Assembly (NCBI GenBank): GCA_041937175.2
Contig: CP166615.1
Coordinates: 3,808,001 to 3,872,000 of the forward strand
Length of the DNA: 64,000 bases
Direction of reading: 5' to 3'
From: Limnothrix sp. BL-A-16
GTDB taxonomy: Bacteria; Cyanobacteriota; Cyanobacteriia; CACIAM-69d
Numbering within the stretch: position 1 is the first letter of the stretch; the number at the start of each line of letters is the position of its first letter. Below are positions 54,367 to 63,999 of the stretch, piece by piece. The notes below the pieces were generated by a model, which ran no database searches, was not told where the DNA came from, and saw only the letters and a list, made by a program, of their open reading frames with translations. The translations under genes and the position numbers were made by a program.

Positions 54367-54858
54367 TCATGCGTCTTCGCCATTGGCCGACTGTGCTGAA
54401 TCCTGGGCAGAAGGGCGATCGGGCGGTTGCACCGGCAACAAGTTCTGTTCTTTGAGATGGCCCAACAGCCAATTAACCGCCGTGGCCCGTCGGGTTTTGC
54501 GGGGCACTAATTCCCCCACCTTGTAGCCCTTGAAGCCCAGATATTCCTTCAGCAATTGCTTATTTTCGGCGGGAATCGATCGAGTCAGCTTCACCGTGGC
54601 TGGGCGGCTTTCAATAAAGTTCGGCGGTTCTGGATAATCCCCTTGCCAGTCAGCCGGAGCCAACCAAGCTTGGGCGCTTGGATCCCATTGGTAACCCAAC
54701 CCATGCCACAGCAGTTGATTCACCCGGTCATCCTCTAGGCGATCGTCTAAAATGTCCCACAGCAGCTCGATCGTGAGGCTGGGCAGGCGATCGGGGAATC
54801 CGTCCGGTAACGCCACCGCTGAGAGTTCCGTGCAGTTTGGCTCCTGACAACTACTCAT
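54367..54858 (-). CDS. DUF1823-like conserved protein
   Basis: YPEPPNFIESRPATVKLTRSIP...QLLKEYLGFKGY...TRRATAVNWLL. Confidence 0.85.
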   Translation of the reverse strand: MSSCQEPNCTELSAVALPDGFPDRLPSLTIELLWDILDDRLEDDRVNQLLWHGLGYQWDPSAQAWLAPADWQGDYPEPPNFIESRPATVKLTRSIPAENKQLLKEYLGFKGYKVGELVPRKTRRATAVNWLLGHLKEQNLLPVQPPDRPSAQDSAQSANGEDA

Positions 54859-55404
54859 GATAAACCTCTGTTTAAAACCGAAATTAACTCATAAATTCTA
54901 TAAATTGATTACATTGAATATTACATCAAAAAATAGCGTTGAATCGTCATAAAGTTCAATCGATGATGCTCAATCAATCAAGTTAAGTGTATTTTATCCC
55001 AACATTCAACGTTGTGATTGTTTGACTCGATCGATACCCAATTTGCTTCAAATCTTCTATCTTGATTGCTCCATTGCATTAACCCTGGAATGACTCAGCA
55101 ATTGTCTAGTCTGCACCTTATAACGACATCATTCCTCGCTCCAGCCGCCTGAACCAAAACCTAATCATCGGGATGCAGGGAAACACAACTCCCGATCGTT
55201 CGATTTTGGAGACCTATTGCGTTTTCTTCTTCATCCAATCTTTAATTTAAGTAATCATCAACCAATCTTTGCTGAATCTTTAAAAATCCCCCTTGATTCC
55301 GCCAAATCTTAAGGCTAAGTTAGATTCCATAAGGGGTCATAAAAGCGACGCGGAATGCCACGCGGTCGAACTTTGCTCTCAATACCCATCCTCCTGTGGA
55401 AGAT

Positions 55405-56199
55405 ATGAAATCTTGGTTTGCCCCCAGTGTTGCACTTGCAACCATTTCGCTGAGTTCCATCGCGGCTCCCGCACTTGCCCTCAGCATCAGCTACTCCGAT
55501 GCCTATGTGCCAAGCGCTAGCACGGTTACGACCCTGAATGCCATTGATGGCTTTACGGGTGGACTCACAGACGCAGAAGCCCGAAACGGCCTTTACGGTC
55601 TCACAGATATCAACCAAGTCTTATCGATTCAGAAATTCGATCCTAGCCTCGGAACGCTGAAATCGGCCAAGTTGACCTTTGATACGGGGCTTTGGCAAAA
55701 GGCCTACTATGAGCACTTTGGCATCGCTGCCCCATCTGGCGCGTCCGTAGACTTTGATTTTTCGGCTAACTTGAGCCTGAAATCGAGCGGTGGTTCGTCG
55801 ATTTTTGACATTCCCCTCACGGGTGCCCATGATTTCACAGTGTCCTCGTTTGATGGGGGCTTTGACTTTGCTGGCACTTCGGGCCGGAAGTTTTCCACTT
55901 CTTTGAGCGGTCAATATCAACAAGCCAAAACCATCACTGATGCCGCAGCTTTGGCTGGCTTCATTGGCGCTGGTTCGATCGACTACACCTTCTCCGCTTC
56001 GGCTCTGTTCAGTGTTTTTGGCCCGGGTAACTTGAATGCCGGTGTGCTGACCTTGGCTAAAGGTGCGCTGCGGGTTGATTACGAATACGAAAAAGAATCC
56101 ACCTCCGTGCCAGAACCTACTGCGCTGTTGGGTCTTGGTTTGGTGGCTGGTGGGGCAATGGTTCAGCGTCGCCTGCGGGCTGCAGCACCCCGAAACTAG
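55405..56199 (+). CDS. PEP-CTERM secreted protein (choice-of-anchor E-like)
   Basis: Signal peptide, KFDPSLGTLKS motif, C-terminal VPEPTALLGLGLV...RRLR. Confidence 0.87.
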   Translation: MKSWFAPSVALATISLSSIAAPALALSISYSDAYVPSASTVTTLNAIDGFTGGLTDAEARNGLYGLTDINQVLSIQKFDPSLGTLKSAKLTFDTGLWQKAYYEHFGIAAPSGASVDFDFSANLSLKSSGGSSIFDIPLTGAHDFTVSSFDGGFDFAGTSGRKFSTSLSGQYQQAKTITDAAALAGFIGAGSIDYTFSASALFSVFGPGNLNAGVLTLAKGALRVDYEYEKESTSVPEPTALLGLGLVAGGAMVQRRLRAAAPRN

Positions 56200-56484
56200 G
56201 TTGCAAGGCCTGTCAATGGCAGCTCGGAATAGCTCGCTAGTCGATCGAACCCTAGCCAATTTAGGGATGAGGCTGGGGGACTGAAAAGATAGCCCGAGCT
56301 GCTCTTGATTGCGACCCTGTGGACTGCACAACTGAATTGCACAAGTTGGTACTGTTGAGATTGGGTTTGGCGATCGCTGAACCCAATCTTTTTTTTGAAT
56401 GATGTTGATGGCGATCGAAGTATTTTGATGATTCTGTTGACGATTCGGCGGCTAGGGTTGCTTGTTTTGAATGTGCCTTGGGCG

Positions 56485-57219
56485 CTATAGGTCATCAGGA
56501 TTGAGGCCCAGCTCTCGTAATTTGGCCGCCAGGCGATCGGCGCGTTGTTGAGCATCTTCAGCTTGAGCTTCAAAGGCCTTGGCTTGCACTTGAAACAATG
56601 CCAATCGCTCCTCGGGGGTCAGGTAGCGATCGCCCGCCTCGTTGAACCAATAGAGCCATTCGCGGTCGATCGCCTGAAACGTCCCGATCTGCCGCCCAAT
56701 GCCTAACCCCACTTCCGGCATCCAGAACGGTTCACCACTTTGCCGTTGATAAATCCCATCAATCAGTTTGTAAATCTCAAAGGGATCGTGGCGATCGCGC
56801 TGATAGTGATCGGGGTTATAGATGCAGTAATACAACACCCCTAAATCGGCATAGCGCAGCAGCTTTTGATCGTATTCACCACCCTTGGTCTTTGAGACAA
56901 TTTCCAACACGAAAATGGGCGGAATCTCATCCTCCATCCACATCGCATAGCTCAATCGCAACTGCTCGCTGCGTTGCCGGGGAACCCCCACACTCAGGAA
57001 GCCATCGGGACAAAGGGCGGGCTGGAGCTGGCCATTTCGATAATAGAAAATGCCCATGTCCACGTTCCAAGTCCAATCGGTGCGATCGCCCCACAGACAA
57101 GACAGGATCGAGAGCAACAAATTGGGCAACAAATTTTGAATTTCGTGATCCACAGGCTCGTCATCGCAGGACGGTAAGTTCAGGTATTCGGCGTAACCGG
57201 GCTTGTGGATTTCCAACAT
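56485..57219 (-). CDS. Uma2-family (DUF820) putative PD-(D/E)xK endonuclease
   Basis: CPDGF, VLEIVS, EYDQK..RY..LGVLYY.IYNP; C-terminal LAAKLRELGLNPD. Confidence 0.9.
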   Translation of the reverse strand: MLEIHKPGYAEYLNLPSCDDEPVDHEIQNLLPNLLLSILSCLWGDRTDWTWNVDMGIFYYRNGQLQPALCPDGFLSVGVPRQRSEQLRLSYAMWMEDEIPPIFVLEIVSKTKGGEYDQKLLRYADLGVLYYCIYNPDHYQRDRHDPFEIYKLIDGIYQRQSGEPFWMPEVGLGIGRQIGTFQAIDREWLYWFNEAGDRYLTPEERLALFQVQAKAFEAQAEDAQQRADRLAAKLRELGLNPDDL

Positions 57220-57245
57220 GGTTCACGCTCCTAAAAGTCAACCCT

Positions 57246-57273
57246 GTAGGGGCGTACGGCCGTACGCCCCTAC
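57246..57273. repeat. Perfect 28-bp REP palindrome (GTAG type)
   Basis: GTAGGGGCGTACGG|CCGTACGCCCCTAC. Confidence 0.85.
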
Positions 57274-57467
57274 CCGAATCTGCCTTGATTATTTTGGCTC
57301 GCCTGCATCCGACGGATTAGACGAAATGAAGTGGGATTGATAATGCAAAAAAACAATCCCACTGCCATTTTAGTCATCGCGATCGGGTCGATGTTGGCAC
57401 TGCTTGCTGAGGGGGTGTCGTTGTTTCGCCCAAAACCCTGATTCCACCGTGAGCGAATCGTGGGGGG

Positions 57468-57487
57468 CAAGGGGCTTAAGCCCCTTG
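57468..57487. repeat. 20-bp palindrome downstream of trmFO
   Basis: CAAGGGGCTT|AAGCCCCTTG. Confidence 0.75.
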
Positions 57488-57551
57488 TTACAACCATTGA
57501 GGCCTGGAAAATCAACCATTTCAGCTTGTTACCAGGAAATGACGACAGGCC

Positions 57552-58937
57552 CTACACCGTTGCACCCACCAAGGCCGCAGGTCGATCGCCCAAGGATTCC
57601 ACCTTCCACCGATCGAGTTCGCCCAGGGCGCGATCGCGGTATTGGCCGTAGCGTTCCTGTTTGTTGCGGATCTTGGTCGGCAGCTCCGGCAGGATGCCAA
57701 AGTTCGGCGGCATCGGTTGGAAATGCTTCGGTGAGGCGGAGCTGATGAACTCGAACAGTGCACCGCTCATGGTCACGGGGGGCAGGGCGATCGGCTCCAA
57801 ACCGCGGGCAATTCGGGCCGCGTTGGTTCCCGCCAGCCAGCCGCCGGCCGTGGCCGCCGTGTAGCCCTCCGTGCCGATCAGTTGGCCCGCCGCCAGCAGA
57901 GTCGCTCGGCCCTTGAACTGCAAAGTGGCGCTCAACAGTTCCGGCGCGTTGATGAAGGTGTTGCGGTGCATCACGCCCATCCGCACAAACTCGGCATTTT
58001 CCAAGCCGGGAATCATCCGAAACACCCGCTGTTGCTCGCCCCAGCGTAGGTTGGTTTGGAAGCCCACCATGTTCCACAGTTGCCCCGCCTTGTCCTCCTG
58101 GCGCAGTTGCACCACGGCGTAGGGACGTTTGTCGCGGTTGGCGGGGTCGCGCCCGTCGCCCAGCCGGGAATCGAACAGTCCCACAGGTTTCAGGGGGCCG
58201 TAGCGCATGGTGTCTTCGCCGCGCTGGGCAAGTTCTTCGATCGGCAGGCAACCTTCAAAGAATTTGGCACTTTCGCGATCGAAATCCTTCAGGGGCGCTT
58301 GTTCCGCCGCGCAGAGGGCTTGGTAGAACTGCAAATATTGCTCCCGGTTCATCGGGCAGTTCAAATAGGCCGCCTCACCTTTGTCGTAGCGGGAAGCCAT
58401 GAAGGCCACGTCGCGATCGATCGACTCGCCCACCACGATCGGGCTAGCCGCATCGAAAAAGCTCATGTAGTCCCGACCGGTGAACTGCCGCAGATCGTCG
58501 GTTAAGTCTGGGCTGGTGAGCGGCCCCGTCGCCAACACCACCACGCCATCGGTGGGAATTTGCCGCACTTCCTCGCGCCGGAAGTCCACCAGCGGATGTT
58601 GGGCCAGGGTCTCGGTCAGGTCGCGGCTAAACTCGGCGCGATCGACTGCCAAGGCCCCACCAGCGGGCACGGCATGGTGATCGGCCTTACCAATCACGAT
58701 CGACCCGAGCCGCCGCAATTCCTCATGCAATAAGCCGGCCGCGCGATCGGCGGACATCGCGCCAAAGGAGTTGCTGCAAACCAATTCCGCCAAATGTTCC
58801 GTGTGGTGGGCGGGGCTGAGGCGTTCGGGCCGCATTTCATAGAACACCACCGGCACACCCGATCGCGCCACCTGCCAGGCTGCTTCCGTGCCGGCCAGCC
58901 CGCCGCCAATCACATACACCGGCTGTAAATTCGACAT
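57552..58937 (-). CDS. trmFO: FADH2-oxidizing methylenetetrahydrofolate-tRNA m5U54 methyltransferase (Gid)
   Basis: [48 protein letters not shown]. Confidence 0.97.
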   Translation of the reverse strand: MSNLQPVYVIGGGLAGTEAAWQVARSGVPVVFYEMRPERLSPAHHTEHLAELVCSNSFGAMSADRAAGLLHEELRRLGSIVIGKADHHAVPAGGALAVDRAEFSRDLTETLAQHPLVDFRREEVRQIPTDGVVVLATGPLTSPDLTDDLRQFTGRDYMSFFDAASPIVVGESIDRDVAFMASRYDKGEAAYLNCPMNREQYLQFYQALCAAEQAPLKDFDRESAKFFEGCLPIEELAQRGEDTMRYGPLKPVGLFDSRLGDGRDPANRDKRPYAVVQLRQEDKAGQLWNMVGFQTNLRWGEQQRVFRMIPGLENAEFVRMGVMHRNTFINAPELLSATLQFKGRATLLAAGQLIGTEGYTAATAGGWLAGTNAARIARGLEPIALPPVTMSGALFEFISSASPKHFQPMPPNFGILPELPTKIRNKQERYGQYRDRALGELDRWKVESLGDRPAALVGATV

Positions 58938-58998
58938 GGCTTACCTCAGCGATCGCCCAAACTTGCAGAAACCGAGATGAATAGCTTATAGCAATTTG
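58683..58998. repeat. Left copy of a ~315-bp direct repeat (trmFO 5' end plus upstream); partner at 62463-62777
   Basis: Manual alignment at offset 3780: 11 mismatches over the 255 coding bp. Confidence 0.95.
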
Positions 58999-59131
58999 AT
59001 TTATCAGGGTGGCAGTCAAGTCGTCCAGCAACTGAATAGAGTTGAATTAATCGGCTGGAGTGCTCTTCCCGTTGACGTAATATCCATAAAGGAGTCTGAC
59101 CTAAATCGGGTTAAGGTGATCAATTGCCTTA

Positions 59132-60064
59132 GAGCTAATTCATAAAGAGAAGCTAAAGCTGACTTGGCAGCTCTAAATCCGGTTTTAGGCTAGACCTACC
59201 CGAAGCATCATCCAGCTCATGAGTCGTCTCCCGGTCATTGCCAATCCTACCCGCAAAGCCTATCCCAGTGATTTGAGCGATGATGAGTGGGTGCTCCTCC
59301 AACCGCTGCTGCCCGCTCCTAAAGGCTTTGGACATCCGATAGAAGTTGATTTCCGAGAAATCCTCAATGGCATCTTTTACGTCCAGCGGACTGGCTGCCA
59401 GTGGGAAATGCTGCCTCACGATTTACCCCCTTACAGCACGGTCTACCATTACTTCCAGAAATGGCAACGAAAAGGAATTTGGCAGCAAATGCATGACCAG
59501 ATTCGAGAGCAACTGCGGAGCAAATTAGGTCGTTCAGAGCAATCTAGGGTCAGTATCGGTGATTCTCAGTCGGTGAAAACCACGGAAAAAAGGGGGTGGT
59601 CTACGGCTTCGATGGTGGCAAAAAGGTTAAGGGACGTAAACGCCACATTATCGTTGACTCGCAAGGATTCCTAATGGGCGTGTTGGTGACTGAAGCGAAT
59701 GCTTCTGAGCGATTGGGAGGGATTGTGGTGTTAGAAGAAGTGAAGGAGAAGCTATCTCGGCTAGAGGTTATTTGGGTTGATCAGGGGTATTCCGGGAAAA
59801 AGTTTGCGGATGCTGTGAAGCATGTGTGTGGTGAGAGTGTGCGCGTGGAGGTGATCAGCCGAATCAGTAAAGGGTTTGAGACGTTGCCCAAGCGATGGAT
59901 TGTCGAGCGGACGTTTGGCTGGCTGAACCGATTTCGGCGATTGAGCAAGGACTATGAGTTGTATTCGGAGACGAGTGAAGGAATGATCTATGGCTGCTTA
60001 ATGCATTTGATGGTGAGAAGATTGGCTGCCCTAGATGATTAATAATTGATTTATAAATCAGCTC
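59132..60064 (+). mobile_element. IS5-family (IS1031 group) insertion sequence, 933 bp
   Basis: IRL GAGCTAATTCATAAA and IRR TTTATAAATCAGCTC (13/15 match); TTA duplicated at 59129-59131 and 60065-60067. Confidence 0.9.
59219..60042 (+). CDS. IS5-family transposase split into two ORFs joined by a probable -1 frameshift
   Basis: YPSDLSDDEW, RTGCQW, DSQSVKT in ORF1; GFDGGKKVKGRKRH, DQGY, RWIVERTFGW in ORF2; A6G5 run at 59586-59596. Confidence 0.88.
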
Positions 60065-60139
60065 TTAGTGATAAAGTTATGAGTATGATTAATTATCTTA
60101 ACTACAAGATGTTCAAACTTGGGTTTAGTAAAGACGGTA

Positions 60140-60225
60140 GATACAGCTTATATCTAAAATGATTGGTACGTCATATTACAGACATCATCAAGCTTTGACT
60201 TAGTGAGCATTGCCCACCCTACAGG
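60140..60225 (+). repeat. 86-bp element ending in a REP hairpin; inverted partner at 63743-63828
   Basis: Ungapped manual alignment 66/86; ends GTGAGCATTGCCCACCCTAC. Confidence 0.8.
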
Positions 60226-60285
60226 TGGCTGTACTGTCCGTCTATCAATTTTAGACCTCAACGAAACGATACATTTCAGACCGGA

Positions 60286-61398
60286 TTGGAAAGCATACCC
60301 TTGAGCAATCATCAATCATCTCAGCCACACTTATTTGGTCTACAGCATTCCAATCGCAACTTTACCCGTCCAGAATCCTGGGGCAAGAACTGCTTTAATT
60401 CGTCATTTCCCACAGCCCTTGCACTTTATCTAGAGAGTCATAACTTAAAAAGCTGTTATCTCCAGCTCGATGCAAACCTGCAAATTCAGCATTCAGAAAT
60501 CAGCACCCAAGAACTGTATGGATGTTCTTCTGGTTTGGAAGACCTATTCTATGCATTTGAATCACAATTTTCACCCTATCAGCAGTATGTGATTGGTACA
60601 TTGCCTAATGTTGATCTTGTAATTCAATCTCGGTCATTGAGAACTTGTCTGAATGCCTTAGAAATTAAGCTAACGGCATTGCCTGACCATACGACTTGTA
60701 ATCTAACCGAAGATCGCTATAGCTGTGAATTGGTAATTCGGCCAGATACCATTGCTTATTTGGCTTGTCGAATTGCCGATTATCTTTCTAGCCAAGTTGA
60801 ATGGCTAAAAGATTATTTAAAGACGGCCAATCTACCATCAACTCAACTGACAGAATGGACAGAAGCCAAAGATATTATTCCTTATGCAGAAACGATTCTA
60901 AGCCTCATCGATTACTTGCTGCTACGAATACTCAATGAGCAATCACCACTCTTGATGCAGCCTATTTGGAAAACTCAAGGTAAATCTTCTCGGCTATCAG
61001 ATTACTGTCTCGATGTATTTGTTTGGAGTGACTTTTCCTTAACTCGCTTATTTGTTGATCGAGCAAAAGCCGATGTAGAGTCTGGATTCTCCAAAGGTAT
61101 TACGCGACATATGCGATCGGCTATATGGCTTGTCAGGATGATTCAAGAATTTGCCATGAATGGTGCTTTTGATCATGGTCAAATTATCGATGTTCTCTCA
61201 TACAATACAAAAAATGATAAGGCATTCTCTATTAATGGTCTTGTTACCCATCAATATTTAAAGTCTGATATCTTAACAAGACCTAGAATTCATCAGTCAG
61301 ATATCAAAAATATAATTTTAGGTGGTGGGCAAAATCTCTTGAGTCCTGAGCGTCGGCTGGATGCAATTATTTATAACTCGCCCGGACTATTTCACTAG
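60286..61398 (+). CDS. Type II restriction endonuclease, HindVP-like family (probable GRCGYC specificity)
   Basis: LFGLQHSNRNF...WGKN.FNSSFP; DLVI...LEIKLTALPD; YNTKNDKAF; GGGQNLLSPERRLD; adjacent to a C5 MTase; start may be 60301. Confidence 0.85.
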   Translation: MESIPLSNHQSSQPHLFGLQHSNRNFTRPESWGKNCFNSSFPTALALYLESHNLKSCYLQLDANLQIQHSEISTQELYGCSSGLEDLFYAFESQFSPYQQYVIGTLPNVDLVIQSRSLRTCLNALEIKLTALPDHTTCNLTEDRYSCELVIRPDTIAYLACRIADYLSSQVEWLKDYLKTANLPSTQLTEWTEAKDIIPYAETILSLIDYLLLRILNEQSPLLMQPIWKTQGKSSRLSDYCLDVFVWSDFSLTRLFVDRAKADVESGFSKGITRHMRSAIWLVRMIQEFAMNGAFDHGQIIDVLSYNTKNDKAFSINGLVTHQYLKSDILTRPRIHQSDIKNIILGGGQNLLSPERRLDAIIYNSPGLFH

Positions 61399-61433
61399 TA
61401 CGATGATTGTCGATCTTGGAAATGAACTGACTC

Positions 61434-62414
61434 ATGAAGACCGTTGATTTATTTGCGGGCTGTGGGGGACTATCCCTAGGCTTCCAGAGTGCTGGATTTG
61501 ATTTGGTTGCGGCCTTTGACCATTGGCTTCCAGCCCAACGGGTATACCAAGCCAATTTTAGTCATCCCATTTTTGATCTCGATCTAGCTGCTCTAGATAG
61601 CATTAGTCGCATTGCTGAATTTTGTCCCACCCTAATTATTGGTGGCCCTCCTTGTCAAGATTTTTCGAGTGCTGGGAAGCGAGATGAAAACTATGGCAGA
61701 GGCGACTTAACTCGATCGTTTGCGGAAATCGTAACGACTATTTGCCCTCATTGGTTTGTGATGGAGAATGTGGATCGCATTCTAAAAAGTAAGATTCTAT
61801 CAGCCGCCTGCTTGAGATTTAAGGAGTATGGCTACGGACTAACATCAATTGTTTTAAATGCTAGCTACTGCGGCGTTCCTCAAGCGAGGAAGCGGTACTT
61901 TCTAATTGGTGAATTGGGAGGAAAAGATGATGATTTACTGGATTTTCTTAATAAAAATTTGGCAGACCATCCTCTAACAGTCTTTGATTATTTGGGCGAT
62001 CGCCTCGGCTTGGAATATTACTATCGACATCCTCGCAGTTATCAACGGCGAGGCATTTTTAGCATCTATGAACCTAGCCCAACTATCCGGGGAGTTAACC
62101 GACCGGTTCCTAAAACCTATAAGCAGCATTCTGGGGATGCTTGCGCCCCCCATCCACAGTTGCGTGCCCTAACCACCATTGAGCGGAGCTATATCCAAAC
62201 TTTTCCTGAGCATTTTCAGTTTCAGGGTACGAAGTCTGATTTAGAACAAATGATTGGAAATGCTGTGCCCGTTAAGCTGGCGGAGTATGTAGCCCGAGCT
62301 ATTTTGGATTATCAAAATTGCCGAAATTTGCCAACCCAATCGGTGATTTCACAACCAATAATGTCAACAAGTCCCAGTAGTCAATTGAGTCTTTTTGCTC
62401 AGTTAACCAATTAG
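61434..62414 (+). CDS. DNA (cytosine-5)-methyltransferase, cognate of the upstream REase
   Basis: [46 protein letters not shown]. Confidence 0.95.
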   Translation: MKTVDLFAGCGGLSLGFQSAGFDLVAAFDHWLPAQRVYQANFSHPIFDLDLAALDSISRIAEFCPTLIIGGPPCQDFSSAGKRDENYGRGDLTRSFAEIVTTICPHWFVMENVDRILKSKILSAACLRFKEYGYGLTSIVLNASYCGVPQARKRYFLIGELGGKDDDLLDFLNKNLADHPLTVFDYLGDRLGLEYYYRHPRSYQRRGIFSIYEPSPTIRGVNRPVPKTYKQHSGDACAPHPQLRALTTIERSYIQTFPEHFQFQGTKSDLEQMIGNAVPVKLAEYVARAILDYQNCRNLPTQSVISQPIMSTSPSSQLSLFAQLTN

Positions 62415-62462
62415 CACTGGGGGTGTTGTGGAGATTGATCTAGGGCAGTAGTCCGTAGGGTA

Positions 62463-62717
62463 GGCCTTGCCAATCACGATCGACCCGAGCCGCCGCAATT
62501 CCTCATGGAGCAAGCCGGCCGCGCGATCGGCAGACATCGCGCCAAAGGAGTTGCTGCAAACCAATTCTGCCAAATGTTCCGTGTGGTGGGCGGGGCTGAG
62601 GCGTTCGGGCCGCATTTCATAGAACACCACGGGCACGCCCGATCGCGCCACTTGCCAGGCTGCTTCGGTGCCGGCCAGCCCGCCGCCAATCACATACACC
62701 GGCTGTAAATTCAACAT
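62463..62717 (-). pseudogene. trmFO: Truncated duplicate of trmFO (first 85 codons)
   Basis: Protein identical to TrmFO aa 1-85 except S2L, then runs into unrelated sequence (stop at 62403). Confidence 0.93.
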
Positions 62718-62955
62718 GGCTTACCTCAGCGATCGCCCAAACTTGCAGAAACCAAAGCAATAGCTTATAGCAATTTGTTTGAAAGGCTGTTTGAAAAATA
62801 TCTTTTGGCGCGAGCCAAGCACCGATAGTTGTGGGGTCAAGGGGCTAGAGCATATTATCTTCGTCGATTACTAGGGCGTGCGGAATGTCAATTTTGGCTT
62901 TTCAGATGTGGCTTTTCAGACAGTTTTTCTAAGCCCCTTGTCACCGTCGATCGCT

Positions 62956-63537
62956 CTAGAACTCCACATTTTCAAACAACTCAGCCAAGCCAAACTCCAC
63001 ATCAACCGATGACAACATCACCCGATCGGTTAATTCGCCATGCTCCACCATTAACCACTTATGAGCTTCCTGTTTAATATGTTGTTCCACATAGGGTCTA
63101 GTTTGATCAATGAGCAAATATTCTTGAAAACTTGGAATTGTTCGATAATCGGAAAATTTTTCACTCCGATCATAATTCTTAGTAGAGTTAGACAACACCT
63201 CAATGATCAAAATGGGTTCAGTCACCGTGTCCGTGCGTCCCTCTTGTAGAGCGATCGGACGCGGCACAACCATCACATCCGGATAGGTATAAACCTGCCG
63301 CTCAGGAATCCAAAGACGTTGATCCGTCACAAAAACTTGCAGAGGACGGCCTTTGAGCGCCAGCCTGAGTAACACGGTCATCGCTCCAATAATTTCATTG
63401 TGAGTCGGTGTCCCACCAGTTATCTCCAGCACTTCTCCATTGCGATATTCGTGACGGGTTGTTGCAGCCGTCTCTAAGGCCAGATACTCTTGTGGAGTGT
63501 GAATTTTCTGAGAAGTCACAATAGCTGTCATGATCAA
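62956..63537 (-). CDS. Uma2-family endonuclease
   Basis: RHEYRNG, YTYPDVMV, IIEVLS.ST..YDR.EKF..YR.IPS.QEYLLIDQ. Confidence 0.92.
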   Translation of the reverse strand: MIMTAIVTSQKIHTPQEYLALETAATTRHEYRNGEVLEITGGTPTHNEIIGAMTVLLRLALKGRPLQVFVTDQRLWIPERQVYTYPDVMVVPRPIALQEGRTDTVTEPILIIEVLSNSTKNYDRSEKFSDYRTIPSFQEYLLIDQTRPYVEQHIKQEAHKWLMVEHGELTDRVMLSSVDVEFGLAELFENVEF

Positions 63538-63742
63538 TTTTCTCCTGATTTGAAACTCATCTCAAAACTCATATAGGCAACGAATGATTAGCAAGATTTG
63601 ATATCAGTGTATGAAAGCTTGAGTCAATTTCAAAATATCTATAAATTTCGCAAATTGTTAACCAATCAACTCCTTCAATCAATTGATTTTTGAATCCAAT
63701 TACAGCTTTTACCGCATTTGATAAGCATAGAGATCTGTAGCG

Positions 63743-63828
63743 CCTGTAGGGTGGGCAATGCCCACCGACTAACAGCTTCATGGTATTTGCGATCTGACGT
63801 ACCAATTGTTTGAGGTAAAGACTGTATC
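63743..63828 (-). repeat. 86-bp REP-terminated element, inverted copy of 60140-60225
   Basis: Contains GTAGGGTGGGCAATGCCCACC at 63746-63766. Confidence 0.8.
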
Positions 63829-63870
63829 GCTGGTCATCGGTCATTGCTCAGGCTGATAGAAACCGAATAT

Positions 63871-63999
63871 TTAGCTAGCCCAGCCGTAGCTGCGGAGATG
63901 TTTGCCACAGTAGCCGATCGCAACTTTTTCGGTTTCAAAGTCCAACTCAAAATAGATTTGCAAGTTGTGGACTGCGTTGTTTTTGCCCAAGGTGAGATG
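63871..63999 (-). CDS. C-terminal fragment of a protein with a RelE-like tail
   Basis: Not in the ORF track; manual translation HLTLGKNNAVHNLQIYFELDFETEKVAIGYCGKHLRSYGWAS*; truncated by the window edge. Confidence 0.55.
   Translation of the reverse strand, partial: HLTLGKNNAVHNLQIYFELDFETEKVAIGYCGKHLRSYGWAS

Noticed and set aside
59580..59600. Transposase as an inactivated pseudogene
   Set aside because: The break falls at an A6G5 slippery run typical of two-ORF IS5-family elements, and both halves and the IS ends are intact
63569..63844. 91-aa ORF
   Set aside because: Runs through the non-coding REP element and has no protein-like motif
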